Assembly (NCBI GenBank): GCA_041690135.1
Contig: JAWLHY010000001.1
Span: forward strand, 1,088,001-1,152,000
Length of the DNA stretch: 64,000 bases
Direction of reading: 5' to 3'
DNA from: Armatimonadota bacterium
GTDB taxonomy: Bacteria > Armatimonadota > SYMT01
Below, in pieces: positions 27,115-37,100 of the stretch (position 1 is its first letter; the number at the start of each line of letters is the position of its first letter). The position numbers and the translations under genes were made by a program. The notes beneath the pieces were generated by a model. It did no database searches. It was given only the letters and a program-made list of their open reading frames with translations, and was not told where the DNA came from.

Positions 27115-28095
27115 TCAGCCCGACGTGAAGATCTGGCGGATCACCTCTTCGGCTTCCATCTCCGCGATGCCGATGTCCGCCACTGGGAGATGGGTCAGTA
27201 CCGCTGCGGCTACCTGCACGCTCTCTCCGCGGGGGACTTCCAGGGTGGCGCTGAGCCCGTCGAACTCGAGGCAGTGGCCAAAGCGTTCCACTTCCTCCCG
27301 CGGAAGCTCTTGCTGGAACACCAGGCGAAGGCGCTTGGTGTGGCTGTGCCGCTGCATGAGGACTCGGAGCTGATCGTCGAACACGATCTGTCCGTGGTTG
27401 ACGATTACCACCCGCTCGCACAGTTCTTGTATGTCCTGCATGTAGTGCGAAGTGAGCAGGATCGTGATCTCCTCGCGACGGTTGTACTCCCGGATGAACT
27501 CGCGGAGGCGCTTCTGGGAAACCACGTCGAGCCCGATGGTCGGCTCGTCGAGAAAGAGGACGCGCGGAGAGTGGAGAAGGGCGGCAACCAGCTCGCATTT
27601 CATCCGCTCCCCGAGCGACATCTTGCGGACCTGCACGTCCAGCAGGGGTGAGATCTCCATCAGCTCCGTCAACTCGTCCAGGCGGCGGCGGTAGTCCGCG
27701 TCCGGAACCTCGTAGATCTCCTTGAGCATCCGGAACGACTCGGAAGGCGGCAGGTCCCACCAGAGCTGGTTCTTCTGGCCCATCACGATGGCGAACCGGC
27801 GCTGGAGCTCCGGGCGGCGCTCCCACGGCACATAGCCCAGCACGGTCGCCTCCCCGGAAGTGGGATAGAGGATTCCCGACAGCATCTTGAGCGCCGTCGT
27901 CTTCCCCGCGCCGTTCGGACCCAGGAACCCGACCAGTTCCCCCGGTTCCACCGTGAAGCTGATCGACTTGACCGCCTCAACCCGCAGGGTTTCCCGGCGG
28001 ACCAGCGATCGGAGCGTGCCGGCGAGGCCGGGCTCCTTCCGGTGCGAGAGGTAGACTTTGGAGAGGTTCCGGACGGAGATCGAAGGCTGGCTCAT
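27115..28095 (-). CDS. ABC transporter ATP-binding protein (ABC-2 type)
   Basis: Start moved to ATG 28095. GPNGAGKTT, MSLGERMK, LFLDEPT and TSH motifs. Confidence 0.95.
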   Translation of the reverse strand: MSQPSISVRNLSKVYLSHRKEPGLAGTLRSLVRRETLRVEAVKSISFTVEPGELVGFLGPNGAGKTTALKMLSGILYPTSGEATVLGYVPWERRPELQRRFAIVMGQKNQLWWDLPPSESFRMLKEIYEVPDADYRRRLDELTELMEISPLLDVQVRKMSLGERMKCELVAALLHSPRVLFLDEPTIGLDVVSQKRLREFIREYNRREEITILLTSHYMQDIQELCERVVIVNHGQIVFDDQLRVLMQRHSHTKRLRLVFQQELPREEVERFGHCLEFDGLSATLEVPRGESVQVAAAVLTHLPVADIGIAEMEAEEVIRQIFTSG

Positions 28096-28260
28096 GAGCA
28101 CCGGGCAGCGAAAACCGGGAGGCGATGGGGCGACCGGCACTTGGTGATGCCGGGCTTCGTAACACCGTATGTTACCATTGCCGAAAGGATTCCCGCCCAA
28201 CCGGACCGAAACAGACCCCGGCCGCCCGTTCCCGCCGCGGCGGCGCAACTGGAGTTCACC

Positions 28261-29436
28261 ATGCGACTGACTGCCTTCCACCGTTGGGGCGCCCTGTGCG
28301 GCGTCACGGCCGCCGCGCTCGCCGGAGCGCGCGCCGGACATTCCCTCCAGGCTAATCCGGAGGGGAGCCCCGCCCTCCCTCCCCTGCTCATCGAAGACTT
28401 CGAGGCTGCGGCACTCGGCTCCCGTCCCTATCTCTGGAAGGAGGGGAAGAGCAACATCGCCGGCGTGACCATCGGCTCGGAGCGGGTGGAGCTGGATGGC
28501 GTGAAGTCCAACAAGGCGCTGAAGTACGAGTACAGCTTCGCCGGTTCCGCCGCCGCCAACCAGGGAGCGGAAGCGGGCCCGCAGGGACAGCCGCTGCCGG
28601 GTAGCCTGAGTGCCGTGACGATGATGGTTCATGGCGACTCCGGCAAGCACAATATCGCGCTGCGGGTGGAAGATCGCGACGGCGAGAGCTTCGAGTGGCA
28701 GGTTCCGGTCACCTGGACCGGGTGGCGCAAAGTGAGCTACCCGATGAACCCGAAGAACGCTTTCCGGGGCGGAAGCAAGGCCAACGGCGCTATCGACCTC
28801 CCCATCAAGCTGGAGGGAGTCCGGCTCGTCCGCACCGCCACCGGGGCTCGCAAGGGCGAGGTGATGGTCGACAACCTCACGGCCACTTGCACCTTCGGCA
28901 AGGTGGAGACGCTCTACGACGCCTCGGGCGGAGCCAAGCCGGAAGGCTGGAAGGCCAACCGCGTGCGCAGCGTGCTCGGCACGTTCGGGGAGACGTTGGT
29001 CCCCCGCGGCGCGGACGACGTGCCGGTGCTTAAGATGGAGTACGAATACGAGTTCGGCGCCGACTCCCAGGTCGAGTTCACCAAGACGCTGCCGACCACG
29101 GCCGGAGGGCACGGCACGCTGATCGCGGAGATCTTCGGCGACGGCAGCAACAACATCATGCGCCTCCGCATGCTGGACGGCGCCGACAAGCCGTGGCAGG
29201 CCGCCATCCCGACGATTCTGGTCGACTGGTCCGGGTGGAAGACGATCTACCTCGACACCCGCTTCCTCCGGGGCGTGGAAGGAAACGACCCCACGGGGAT
29301 GATGGACCGCTTCCCGGCCAAGTTCTACTCGATCATCGTGGACGACGCCTCGGCCAAGGACAATCTGCCGGGCGTGGAGAGCGGCCGCAAAGGGGAGATC
29401 TTCCTGGGCCGCGTGCTCTTCGCTGCGGAGAAGTAG
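28261..29436 (+). CDS. secreted protein with two tandem CBM11/FlaA-like beta-sandwich domains
   Basis: Signal peptide followed by the duplicated motif (H/F)GD(SG/GS)...LRxxDxxx...V(T/D)W(T/S)GW(R/K). Confidence 0.65.
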   Translation: MRLTAFHRWGALCGVTAAALAGARAGHSLQANPEGSPALPPLLIEDFEAAALGSRPYLWKEGKSNIAGVTIGSERVELDGVKSNKALKYEYSFAGSAAANQGAEAGPQGQPLPGSLSAVTMMVHGDSGKHNIALRVEDRDGESFEWQVPVTWTGWRKVSYPMNPKNAFRGGSKANGAIDLPIKLEGVRLVRTATGARKGEVMVDNLTATCTFGKVETLYDASGGAKPEGWKANRVRSVLGTFGETLVPRGADDVPVLKMEYEYEFGADSQVEFTKTLPTTAGGHGTLIAEIFGDGSNNIMRLRMLDGADKPWQAAIPTILVDWSGWKTIYLDTRFLRGVEGNDPTGMMDRFPAKFYSIIVDDASAKDNLPGVESGRKGEIFLGRVLFAAEK

Positions 29437-29539
29437 GGTAAACTCTCCACAGGCGTAGCGGTTTGGGCGCCCTCCATGTTCCGGCTTCCGCCGGCATGCG
29501 AGGGCGTCGCTGCGTTTGGGCGAGTTGCTCCATCCCTAC
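29432..29539. repeat. GTAG-type REP/REPIN-like long imperfect palindrome
   Basis: GTAGGG...CCCTAC ends enclose nested complementary arms (gcgtagcg/cgctgcgt, gcgccctc/gagggcgt, ccggc-ttcc-gccgg). Confidence 0.55.
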
Positions 29540-29626
29540 GGATTGGAGAGAGCCCTACGGACTGCAGAGAGCCCTACGGACTGCAGAGAGCCCTACGGAC
29601 TGCAGAGAGCCCTACGGACTGCAGAG
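29532..29626 (+). repeat. 19-bp tandem repeat: 4 perfect copies plus 1 degenerate copy
   Basis: AGCCCTACGGACTGCAGAG at 29551, 29570, 29589 and 29608. Variant ATCCCTACGGATTGGAGAG at 29532. Confidence 0.95.
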
Positions 29627-29639
29627 AGAAGGAAGATTG

Positions 29640-31145
29640 ATGGCTGACGCACTTGCTGAACTCAAGGCGCGCCTGGCGGACATCCACAACCTCCGCATGG
29701 CGGGCGCGCTGCTGGACTGGGACCAGCAGACTTACATGCCCCCCGGCGGGGTCGCGGCCCGCGCCGAGCAGAAGGCCACCCTGAGCAAGCTCTCCCACGC
29801 CATGTTCGTGGAGGACGAGGTGGGCCGGCTGCTGGACCGCGCCACGGAAGAGGTCGGGGACCTGCAGGCGGACTCCACCGACGCCGCGCTGATCCGGGTC
29901 ACCCGGCGCGACCGGGACAAGGCGACCCGCATCCCGGGCGCGCTGGTGGAGGAGATGGCGCGGGTAACCGCCCTGGCGCAGGAAGAGTGGGCGAAGGCCC
30001 GGGCCGCGGACGATTTCTCCGCTTTTGCCCCCTGGCTGGAGCGCATCCTCGACCTGGAGCGCCGGACGGCCGAAGCCCTGGGTTACCAGGACCGCCTCTA
30101 CGACGCACTGCTCGACCAGTACGAGCCCGGCATGACTTCCGCGGAGCTCGACCGCGTCTTCGCGGAGTTGAAGGAGCAGACCATTCCTCTGGCCCGCGCC
30201 ATCTTCGAGCGCGTCGATCGGGTCGATGCCTCCGTGCTCACCCGCGACTATGACGTGGACGCCCAGCGCCGCTTTGCGGAAGCGGTGCTGAAAGAGTGCG
30301 GGTTCGACTTCCAGCGGGGCCGCCAGGACCGTTCGGTCCACCCGTTCTGCACCAACTTCGCCAAATCCGATGTCCGGATCACGACCCGCTACGACCGCAA
30401 CTTTGTTTCCATGGCGCTCTTCGGCTCGCTGCACGAAATGGGCCACGGCCTCTACGAGCAGGGCACCGCTGACGAGCTGGAAGGCACGCCGCTGGCCGGA
30501 GGCTGCTCGCTGGGCCTACATGAGAGCCAATCCCGCCTGTGGGAGAACCTGGTGGGCCGGAGCCGGCCGTTCTGGAGCCACTACTATCCGAAGTTCCAGG
30601 AGACCTTCCCCGCCGCGCTGGGAGAAGTGGAGCTGGAGACGTTCTACCGCGCCATCAACCGCGTAGCGCCCTCCCTCATCCGCGTCGAGGCGGACGAGAT
30701 CACCTATAACCTCCACATCATCCTGCGCTACGAGATCGAGAACGAGTTGCTGGAAGGCCGGCTGAGTGTGGCTGACGCGCCGGAAGCCTGGAACGCGCGG
30801 ATGGAGTCCTACCTGGGCATCCGTCCGGATACGAACCGCGAGGGGATCCTCCAGGACGTGCACTGGTCCATCGGGATCATGGGCTACTTCCCCACCTACT
30901 CCCTGGGCAACGTCCTCTCCGTCCAGCTCTTCGACCAGGCCGCGCAGGAAGTACCGGCCATCCCGGAAGGGATCGGTCACGGCGAGTTCGCACCCCTGCT
31001 CGGCTGGCTGCGCGAGAAGGTCCACCAGCACGGGCGCAAGTACCTCCCCACCGAGCTGGTGCAGCGGGTCACAGGCCGCCCCCTCGATACGGCCCCCTAC
31101 GTTGCCTACCTGAAGCGGAAGTTCGGAGAGATCTACGACCTGTAA
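29640..31145 (+). CDS. carboxypeptidase Taq (M32) metallopeptidase
   Basis: HPF, DVRITT, HEMGH, HESQS, IRVEADE, QDVHW and GYFPTYSLG motifs. Confidence 0.97.
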   Translation: MADALAELKARLADIHNLRMAGALLDWDQQTYMPPGGVAARAEQKATLSKLSHAMFVEDEVGRLLDRATEEVGDLQADSTDAALIRVTRRDRDKATRIPGALVEEMARVTALAQEEWAKARAADDFSAFAPWLERILDLERRTAEALGYQDRLYDALLDQYEPGMTSAELDRVFAELKEQTIPLARAIFERVDRVDASVLTRDYDVDAQRRFAEAVLKECGFDFQRGRQDRSVHPFCTNFAKSDVRITTRYDRNFVSMALFGSLHEMGHGLYEQGTADELEGTPLAGGCSLGLHESQSRLWENLVGRSRPFWSHYYPKFQETFPAALGEVELETFYRAINRVAPSLIRVEADEITYNLHIILRYEIENELLEGRLSVADAPEAWNARMESYLGIRPDTNREGILQDVHWSIGIMGYFPTYSLGNVLSVQLFDQAAQEVPAIPEGIGHGEFAPLLGWLREKVHQHGRKYLPTELVQRVTGRPLDTAPYVAYLKRKFGEIYDL

Positions 31146-31149
31146 GGGC

Positions 31150-32559
31150 TTAACCGGCGCTCGCCGCAGGCTGCGGGTGGAACAGGGTCTCGCGGGGGCG
31201 CCGGTCCCAGCTCATCAGCCAGATCCGGGGGACGTAGTGGCGGACCGGGACGTCGTTCTCCTGCAAGAAGCGGAGATACTGACGGTGGAGGTCCGGCACC
31301 ACGCCCTTGTTCTTGCTGTAGACGTTCTGTAGCTCATCCGGGTCGGTGGCCCGGTGATAAACTTCGGGCTCGAGCCCGGACCGCCAGCAGACGTAGGTCC
31401 ACTCGTCGTTGCGAATCACGCTCGGGCGGTGGGGGTTCCAGCCCCGGAGTGACCAGGAAGAAACGGCGATATCCCGGACGCGATCCGCGTTGCCTTTGAG
31501 CACCGGCACCAGCGAGGATGCCGTCATGGTCGGGGGCACTTTCACTCCCGCCAATTCCAGCACCGTGGGAGTAACGTCGCCGGGATGCACCATTGCGGTA
31601 CGCCGTCCGGGTGTGACCCCGGGCACGCGGAAGAGCATCGGGACACGGGAGAGCTGTGAGTACGGCGGCCATCCGAGCAGGTCCCGCATCGTCCCTCCCA
31701 TCTTGCCAAGCAGGTTGCGCTCGCCCAGTAGGATGCCGTGATCCGAGAGGAAGCAGACCACGGTGTCGTCGCGGTGCCCGAGGGCGTCGAGCTTCGCGAT
31801 CAGCTTCCCCACCCACTTGTCCATCAGGGTGATTTCGCCTGAGTAAAGGGCCCGCATCCGCCGGATATCGGCTTCCGAGTAGTTTTCCGCCCGCCCGAAG
31901 GCCGGGTAGATGACGTTGTCTCCCGTGCCGTTCGCGTCGTAGAGATCCGTGAACTCCTTCGGCGGGTCCCACGGCTCGTGGGGATCGAACAGGTCCACGT
32001 AGAGCAACCAGCGTCCCCGATGGTGATTCTCTTCCAGCCAATGCATGGCCTCGCGGGCCACGCGCGGGGCAAAGTAATCCTCTTCCGTGCGGAACCCGGA
32101 GACGTTCCGCAGGTACTGCTTCATCCGGCCATCATGCGAGCGCAGCTTCTTGGGCGAGCAGGGCCACTCGAACGGCCCATCCAGAGGCTCCAGGGCGTCA
32201 TACCACTGGCCGCGGATGCGATGGCGCGCGTGGAACCCCCGGTCGTAGCCGTAGCGCTCGCGGCACAGCGGCAGGTTGTCCGTGACCATCGCGCAGGTGT
32301 AGTTCTCTGCCGATAAGGTCTCGGAGAGGATGACTTCCTTCTTCGGAAGCGCGCCCCAGTTGAGGTAGGGGAAGACGAACCGGCCGGTAAACAGCTCGGC
32401 CCGGCAAGGCAGCGTGGGAAAGGAGCCGGAAAACGCCTGGTCGAAGACCACACTCTCCCGGGCGAGCGCGTCCAGAGAAGGGGTTTGAACGACCGGATTG
32501 CCGTAGGGCCCAAGATAGTCGCGACGCAGCGTATCGCTAACAATAACGAGGATATTCAT
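31150..32559 (-). CDS. sulfatase-like hydrolase (Thr at the nucleophile position)
   Basis: SDTLRRD, TLPCRAELFTG, FDPHEPW and SDHG motifs. Confidence 0.9.
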   Translation of the reverse strand: MNILVIVSDTLRRDYLGPYGNPVVQTPSLDALARESVVFDQAFSGSFPTLPCRAELFTGRFVFPYLNWGALPKKEVILSETLSAENYTCAMVTDNLPLCRERYGYDRGFHARHRIRGQWYDALEPLDGPFEWPCSPKKLRSHDGRMKQYLRNVSGFRTEEDYFAPRVAREAMHWLEENHHRGRWLLYVDLFDPHEPWDPPKEFTDLYDANGTGDNVIYPAFGRAENYSEADIRRMRALYSGEITLMDKWVGKLIAKLDALGHRDDTVVCFLSDHGILLGERNLLGKMGGTMRDLLGWPPYSQLSRVPMLFRVPGVTPGRRTAMVHPGDVTPTVLELAGVKVPPTMTASSLVPVLKGNADRVRDIAVSSWSLRGWNPHRPSVIRNDEWTYVCWRSGLEPEVYHRATDPDELQNVYSKNKGVVPDLHRQYLRFLQENDVPVRHYVPRIWLMSWDRRPRETLFHPQPAASAG

Positions 32560-32644
32560 GGTGCAGATGGGGATTCCTGTTAATTATAGCGGCACGTAAG
32601 GCGTCGAACCCCAGTGGAGCGTAGGCCGGTACCACTCGCACGCA

Positions 32645-33292
32645 CTACAGCTTGACCCGCGAGGCGAAGAGGGCCGCCTGCGTACGGTCGTTGCATTCCA
32701 GTTTCCAGAGAATGTTGCTGACGTGGTTCTTCACCGTCTTCTCAGCGATGAAGAGCTCATCCGCGATCTCCCGGTTCCGTTTCCCCTGCGCCAGTAGCTT
32801 GAGCACTTCGCGCTCGCGATCCGTCAGTTGCGCGTAAAGTCGCAGGTCCGCCTCGTGCTGTTCGCTGAGCCGGTGGAACTCGCAGATCACCCGGTTGGCA
32901 ATGGAAGGATGCAGCAGGGCTTCCCCCCGGGCCACGGCCCGGATGGCGGCCACCGTCTGCTCCGGAGGGCTCTCCTTCAATACGTATCCGCGAGCCCCTG
33001 CCTTGATCGCCTCGAACACGTTAGCGTCGTCGTGGTGGATGGTGAGGATGACGACCTGGATGCTCGGAATCTCGCTCTTGATCAGCTTGGTCGCCTCAAT
33101 CCCGTTCATGTCCGGCATCCGGATATCGGTCAGGAGCACATCCGGCATCGCCTTGCGGCACAGGCCCACGGCCACCTTGCCCGTAGGGGCCTGGCCGACC
33201 ACCTCGATGTCGTCTTCCATCCCGATCAGCCGCGCCAGTAGCTCGCGGGTCATCATCTCATCTTCGGCGATCACGACGCGGATCTTTTCCAT
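32645..33292 (-). CDS. NarL/LuxR-family response regulator
   Basis: REC (AEDE, TDIRMPDMNG, GYVLK) plus LuxR HTH (LTDREREVL...KTVKNHVSNI). Confidence 0.97.
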   Translation of the reverse strand: MEKIRVVIAEDEMMTRELLARLIGMEDDIEVVGQAPTGKVAVGLCRKAMPDVLLTDIRMPDMNGIEATKLIKSEIPSIQVVILTIHHDDANVFEAIKAGARGYVLKESPPEQTVAAIRAVARGEALLHPSIANRVICEFHRLSEQHEADLRLYAQLTDREREVLKLLAQGKRNREIADELFIAEKTVKNHVSNILWKLECNDRTQAALFASRVKL

Positions 33293-33406
33293 TGCGGACC
33301 TCCTCGCTATTAGAGGCTATGATTCTGTTTTCCTCGAGCCGGTGGGAACGACTACCCTGTTCGGAGGTTGGTACGTGTTTACCGGCGCTCACCGAATTCA
33401 GAGCGA

Positions 33407-33431
33407 GGACAACCACGGCGGGTGCCCCTAC
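33407..33431 (-). repeat. single GTAG-family REP-like element
   Basis: Minus strand GTAGGGGCACCCGCCGTGGTTGTCC, a GTAG start followed by an imperfect palindrome, between the kinase and the regulator. Confidence 0.45.
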
Positions 33432-33439
33432 GGAAGGGG

Positions 33440-34687
33440 TTACCCGCGTGACTCCAGGTGGCCTTCGCCGGGGAGTTCGGCCAGGACGCGGGTACCTTCC
33501 GGTGAAGACTCGATGGACACCGTACCTTCATACGGCTGGAGACGCTCGCACATTCCGCGCAGGCCGTGCCCCCCACCCACCATGGCTCGTTCCACGTCGA
33601 AACCCCTGCCCCGATCCGTCACCTCTACCGTGACATGCGGGGTCCCCACCGGCGTCTCCGTCACCTCCACGCGCACCTCGGCGCGGTCTACGCCCGCGTG
33701 CCGCATGCAGTTGGTCAGGGCTTCCTGAACCACGCGCGTCAGGTGGTACTGCACGTGCGGCGATAACGGGAGGCGGTTCTCCGGTGCGGTGACCTCCACC
33801 TGCAGCGAGCCACTTTCTCCCAGTTCGGCAGCCATCGTGCGGACCGCGGTCAGCAGATTATAGTCGGTGGTGTCGGTGCGGAGGGTAGCCACCACCTGCC
33901 GCAATTCCTCCATAGCGCTCCGCAGGGCAGTCGCCTGCTGTCCGATCGTCTCCGCCGCGCCTTCGGGATCGCGCGGGCACTGTCGCCGGGCCAGTTCGAG
34001 ACTGAGAATCACGCGGGTGAGCACGTGACCGGCTCCATCATGGAGGTCCCGTGCCAATCGCCGCCGCTCCTCACTGACCGAGAGGGCTTCCTGAAGCGCG
34101 GCGACATCCGCCTGGCGCCGGCGCTCCTCGGAAGCAATCGTCCGCGCAATGGAGGCCACCAGCACCAGGAAGAGCACCCGGGTCAGCAGCATTTCGAAGT
34201 AGGGCTGCGTTGGCTGGACCGGCCAGGTGGCGATGACGTAGCTGACGACGGCAGCCCCGTCCGTAATGAGGAAGCCGCGGGCACTGGCGGCCAGCGTTTC
34301 CGCGATTACGAAGATAAAGTAGACCAGCCAGAGCTCGCTGTAGATCCCCCCCGTAAGGTTTACGCCCAGCGCGATGAAGAGGATGGAGAGGGCATCGAAC
34401 AGCACCCGGTGCCAGCGCGCGTGCCCGTGCCGGATCCCGGTGAGGTACCGGCCGGCCACCCCCGCCACGGCCAGGAAGTACAGTGAGTAGATCTGCCAGT
34501 CCAGGTGCCGAAGATGCGGCCGCACGTAAGAGAAGTGGAGCCAGAGGAAGACGAACGCCACCACGATCCATACGTGCTGCGCGGCGCGGGTGACGGCCTG
34601 CAGGTCGCGCCAATGCCCGGCGCCCTGACTGGAGTGGGTTCGGGGCCGACGGATGCCTGCTCGTTTAGCTCGGTTACTCGATTTCAC
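33440..34687 (-). CDS. membrane sensor histidine kinase (HisKA_3)
   Basis: N-terminal TM helices, ERRRLARDLHD, QEALTN, DRGRGF and GHGLRGM motifs. Confidence 0.95.
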   Translation of the reverse strand: MKSSNRAKRAGIRRPRTHSSQGAGHWRDLQAVTRAAQHVWIVVAFVFLWLHFSYVRPHLRHLDWQIYSLYFLAVAGVAGRYLTGIRHGHARWHRVLFDALSILFIALGVNLTGGIYSELWLVYFIFVIAETLAASARGFLITDGAAVVSYVIATWPVQPTQPYFEMLLTRVLFLVLVASIARTIASEERRRQADVAALQEALSVSEERRRLARDLHDGAGHVLTRVILSLELARRQCPRDPEGAAETIGQQATALRSAMEELRQVVATLRTDTTDYNLLTAVRTMAAELGESGSLQVEVTAPENRLPLSPHVQYHLTRVVQEALTNCMRHAGVDRAEVRVEVTETPVGTPHVTVEVTDRGRGFDVERAMVGGGHGLRGMCERLQPYEGTVSIESSPEGTRVLAELPGEGHLESRG

Positions 34688-34871
34688 TCGGGTGGCGCAT
34701 TGCTCCGGCTGTGGGTTCCGCCGGCAGGGGACTAGTAATGAGGGTATTATAGCCGTTTGCCACGACCCTACGTCTCCGTGGCGGTGTGGACTTTCGCGCG
34801 CTCGCGTGTTTTACTAAGAACGCTCAGTTGCGGCGAATACGCGGACCGCACCCTTTTCTATTGATTTCTGA

Positions 34872-36653
34872 ATGTCTTATAAACTGATCCAAAACGTCAA
34901 GCGACTGCTGGCCGACGAGCGCGGAACCCTGGTCAAACCGCACGGAGACCGGCTGAAATTCGCCCTGGCGTTCCCCAATACTTATCGCCTGGGAATGTCC
35001 AACCTGGGCTACCAATTGGTTTATCGCCTGTTGAACGAGCGAGATGATACCGTTTGCGAGCGGACCTTTCTTCCCGATCCCGCCGACCTGGAAGAGCACC
35101 AGCGCAGCCACACCACGCTGTTCACCTGGGAAAGCCAGCGGCCGGTGGATGAGTTCGACGTCCTCGGGTTCTCCGTCTCGTTCGAGCTGGATTATCTGAA
35201 CGTGCTGAAGATGCTGGAGTTGGCCGCGCTGCCGCTCCTGGCGGAAGAGCGGGACGAGCGGCACCCCCTCGTTATCATGGGCGGTCCGGCCCCGTGGGTC
35301 AACCCGGAGGCGGTGGCGCCGTTCGTGGACGCGTTCATCATCGGCGAAGCGGAGGGGCTGACAGACCTGCTGATCCCCGTGATCCAGGAGTACCTGGACG
35401 CGGGTCGGGAGCGGAACAAGCGGGATCTGCTGGTGAAGCTGTCGCGGATCCAGGGGGTATATGTCCCCAGCCTGTACGAGTTCCGCTACCACGAGGACGG
35501 CACCATCGCGGAGATCCTACCGCAGGAAGACGCGCCCCTACCCGTGCGGCGCTGGGTCGCCCGCGACCTGCATCGCTACAACACCAGCGCGCAGATCCTC
35601 ACGCCCAATACCGAGTTCAGCAATATGATGCTGGCGGAGACGGCGCGGGGCTGCGGCCAGGGATGTCGCTTTTGCTTTGCCGGGTACGCCTATCGTCCCG
35701 TGCGCTACACCCCGCCCGAGCAGCTCGAAAAGGAGTTCGCCGAGCGCCAGGAGCAGGAGACGGAGAAGCTGCGCGTGGGCCTGGTCGGAAGCTCGCTAAC
35801 GGACCACAAGCAGCTCGTCCAGATCACCCTCGGGCTGGCCCAGAAGGCGGATGGCGTGGCGCTGGCGAGCATGCGCGCGGACAACCTCTCCGAGTCGGTG
35901 GCCTGTGCCATCGGCGAAGCCGGGCAGAAGACGGTGACCATCGCCCCCGAAACCGGTTCGGAACGGCTCCGCTACATCGCCCGAAAACACGTCACCGACG
36001 CGGACGTGGTGACGGCGGCGGAGCGGTGCGACGGCGTGGGCGTGGAGCGGATCAAGCTCTACTACATCGTGGGCCTGCCGTGTGAGATGGAGAGCGACCT
36101 GATGGCCATCGCAAACCTCTCCGCCGCCGTGGCGGATGCCGGCAAGTTCCGAAAAGTTACGTTGACCCTGCACCCGTTCGTGCCGAAGCCGCATACGGCT
36201 TATCAATGGGCCGGCTGCGCCCCGCCCGCGGACATGGAGCGCCGCCTGAAGGCCGTCGGCAAGGCGGTTCGCAAGGCCAACCCACGGCTGGAATTTACGG
36301 TCGATAGCGTGCGCGGCTCCTTTGTGCAGGGCGTGCTCTCCATGGCCGACCGTCGCGTGGCGCCGGCCCTGCTGGAAGCGCATCGCAACGGCGGCAACTG
36401 GCGGAATGCCTTCCGCGAAACGGGGATCGACGGAGAATGGTACGTGTGCCGTCCGCGACCCTTCGAGGAGATCCTACCCTGGGAACACATCAACCTGGGG
36501 GTGAAGAAGGAGTATCTCTGGCGAGAGTGGCACCGCGCCCTGGAACTGGACCGGGAAACTCGGGACACCCCCGATTGGAAGTACGGAGAGCACGGCGCCC
36601 AGCGGTCGTCCGATGCGGCCCAGAAGCAGCTCCAGTATGCGAATTGGGGGTAG
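34872..36653 (+). CDS. radical SAM protein with B12-binding-like N-terminal domain
   Basis: FPNTYRLGMSNLG, GFSVSFELD, RGCGQGCRFC (CxxxCxxC), APETGSERLR and FVPKPHT motifs. Confidence 0.92.
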   Translation: MSYKLIQNVKRLLADERGTLVKPHGDRLKFALAFPNTYRLGMSNLGYQLVYRLLNERDDTVCERTFLPDPADLEEHQRSHTTLFTWESQRPVDEFDVLGFSVSFELDYLNVLKMLELAALPLLAEERDERHPLVIMGGPAPWVNPEAVAPFVDAFIIGEAEGLTDLLIPVIQEYLDAGRERNKRDLLVKLSRIQGVYVPSLYEFRYHEDGTIAEILPQEDAPLPVRRWVARDLHRYNTSAQILTPNTEFSNMMLAETARGCGQGCRFCFAGYAYRPVRYTPPEQLEKEFAERQEQETEKLRVGLVGSSLTDHKQLVQITLGLAQKADGVALASMRADNLSESVACAIGEAGQKTVTIAPETGSERLRYIARKHVTDADVVTAAERCDGVGVERIKLYYIVGLPCEMESDLMAIANLSAAVADAGKFRKVTLTLHPFVPKPHTAYQWAGCAPPADMERRLKAVGKAVRKANPRLEFTVDSVRGSFVQGVLSMADRRVAPALLEAHRNGGNWRNAFRETGIDGEWYVCRPRPFEEILPWEHINLGVKKEYLWREWHRALELDRETRDTPDWKYGEHGAQRSSDAAQKQLQYANWG

Positions 36654-36659
36654 GCACAG

Positions 36660-36764
36660 GGAGCGCGGACGTCCCCGTCCGCCAGGTGTTGGGGCGTTCG
36701 GGCACCCCTGTGGTGCGTAAATGTTCGGGTGGTCGGGTGGTCGGGTGGTCGGGTGGTCGGGTGG
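36660..36764 (+). repeat. composite intergenic repeat: REP-like palindrome, CCCTGTGG...TAAATGTTCGGG unit and (TCGGGTGG)x5
   Basis: GGAGCGCGGACGTCCCCGTCCGC, then five 8-mers at 36725-36764. A related copy lies at 49131-49300. Confidence 0.85.
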
Positions 36765-37100
36765 TCAGGCCCCTCGGTGGAGGTGAATATTCGATCCACC
36801 GAGCTAATGGCAAGAATTCAGACAACCATGCCTGATCGTCTTTGCGAGGAGCGGTGGATCGGAAGCAACTTCCTCGACGCTGATGAGCCCTACTTCGAAG
36901 TGGTCAGGCTCTTGCCCCAGATCTGTTGAGCGACGTGGCAAGCCCCCTGGTCAGGGAACTCGTTATGATCCCACACCGCTCGTACCGGTACCGCTTCAGT
37001 AGGCATGTGGAGGTCTCCCGAATCTCGCCCAGCGGCCTGGTCAGGGAAGGCTTGCCTGTACGGATTTCGGCGGTTTCGTAGGGGAAGCAATTAGTACGCT

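Noticed and set aside
29532-29626. CRISPR array
   Set aside because: The 19-bp units are head-to-tail with no spacers, and there are no cas genes in the window.
36773-36929. Hairpin plus a 40-aa ORF (MARIQTTMPDRL...) faintly resembling an RHH antitoxin start
   Set aside because: Too short, with no partner toxin and no properly spaced RBS. It may be a remnant, but I cannot support it.
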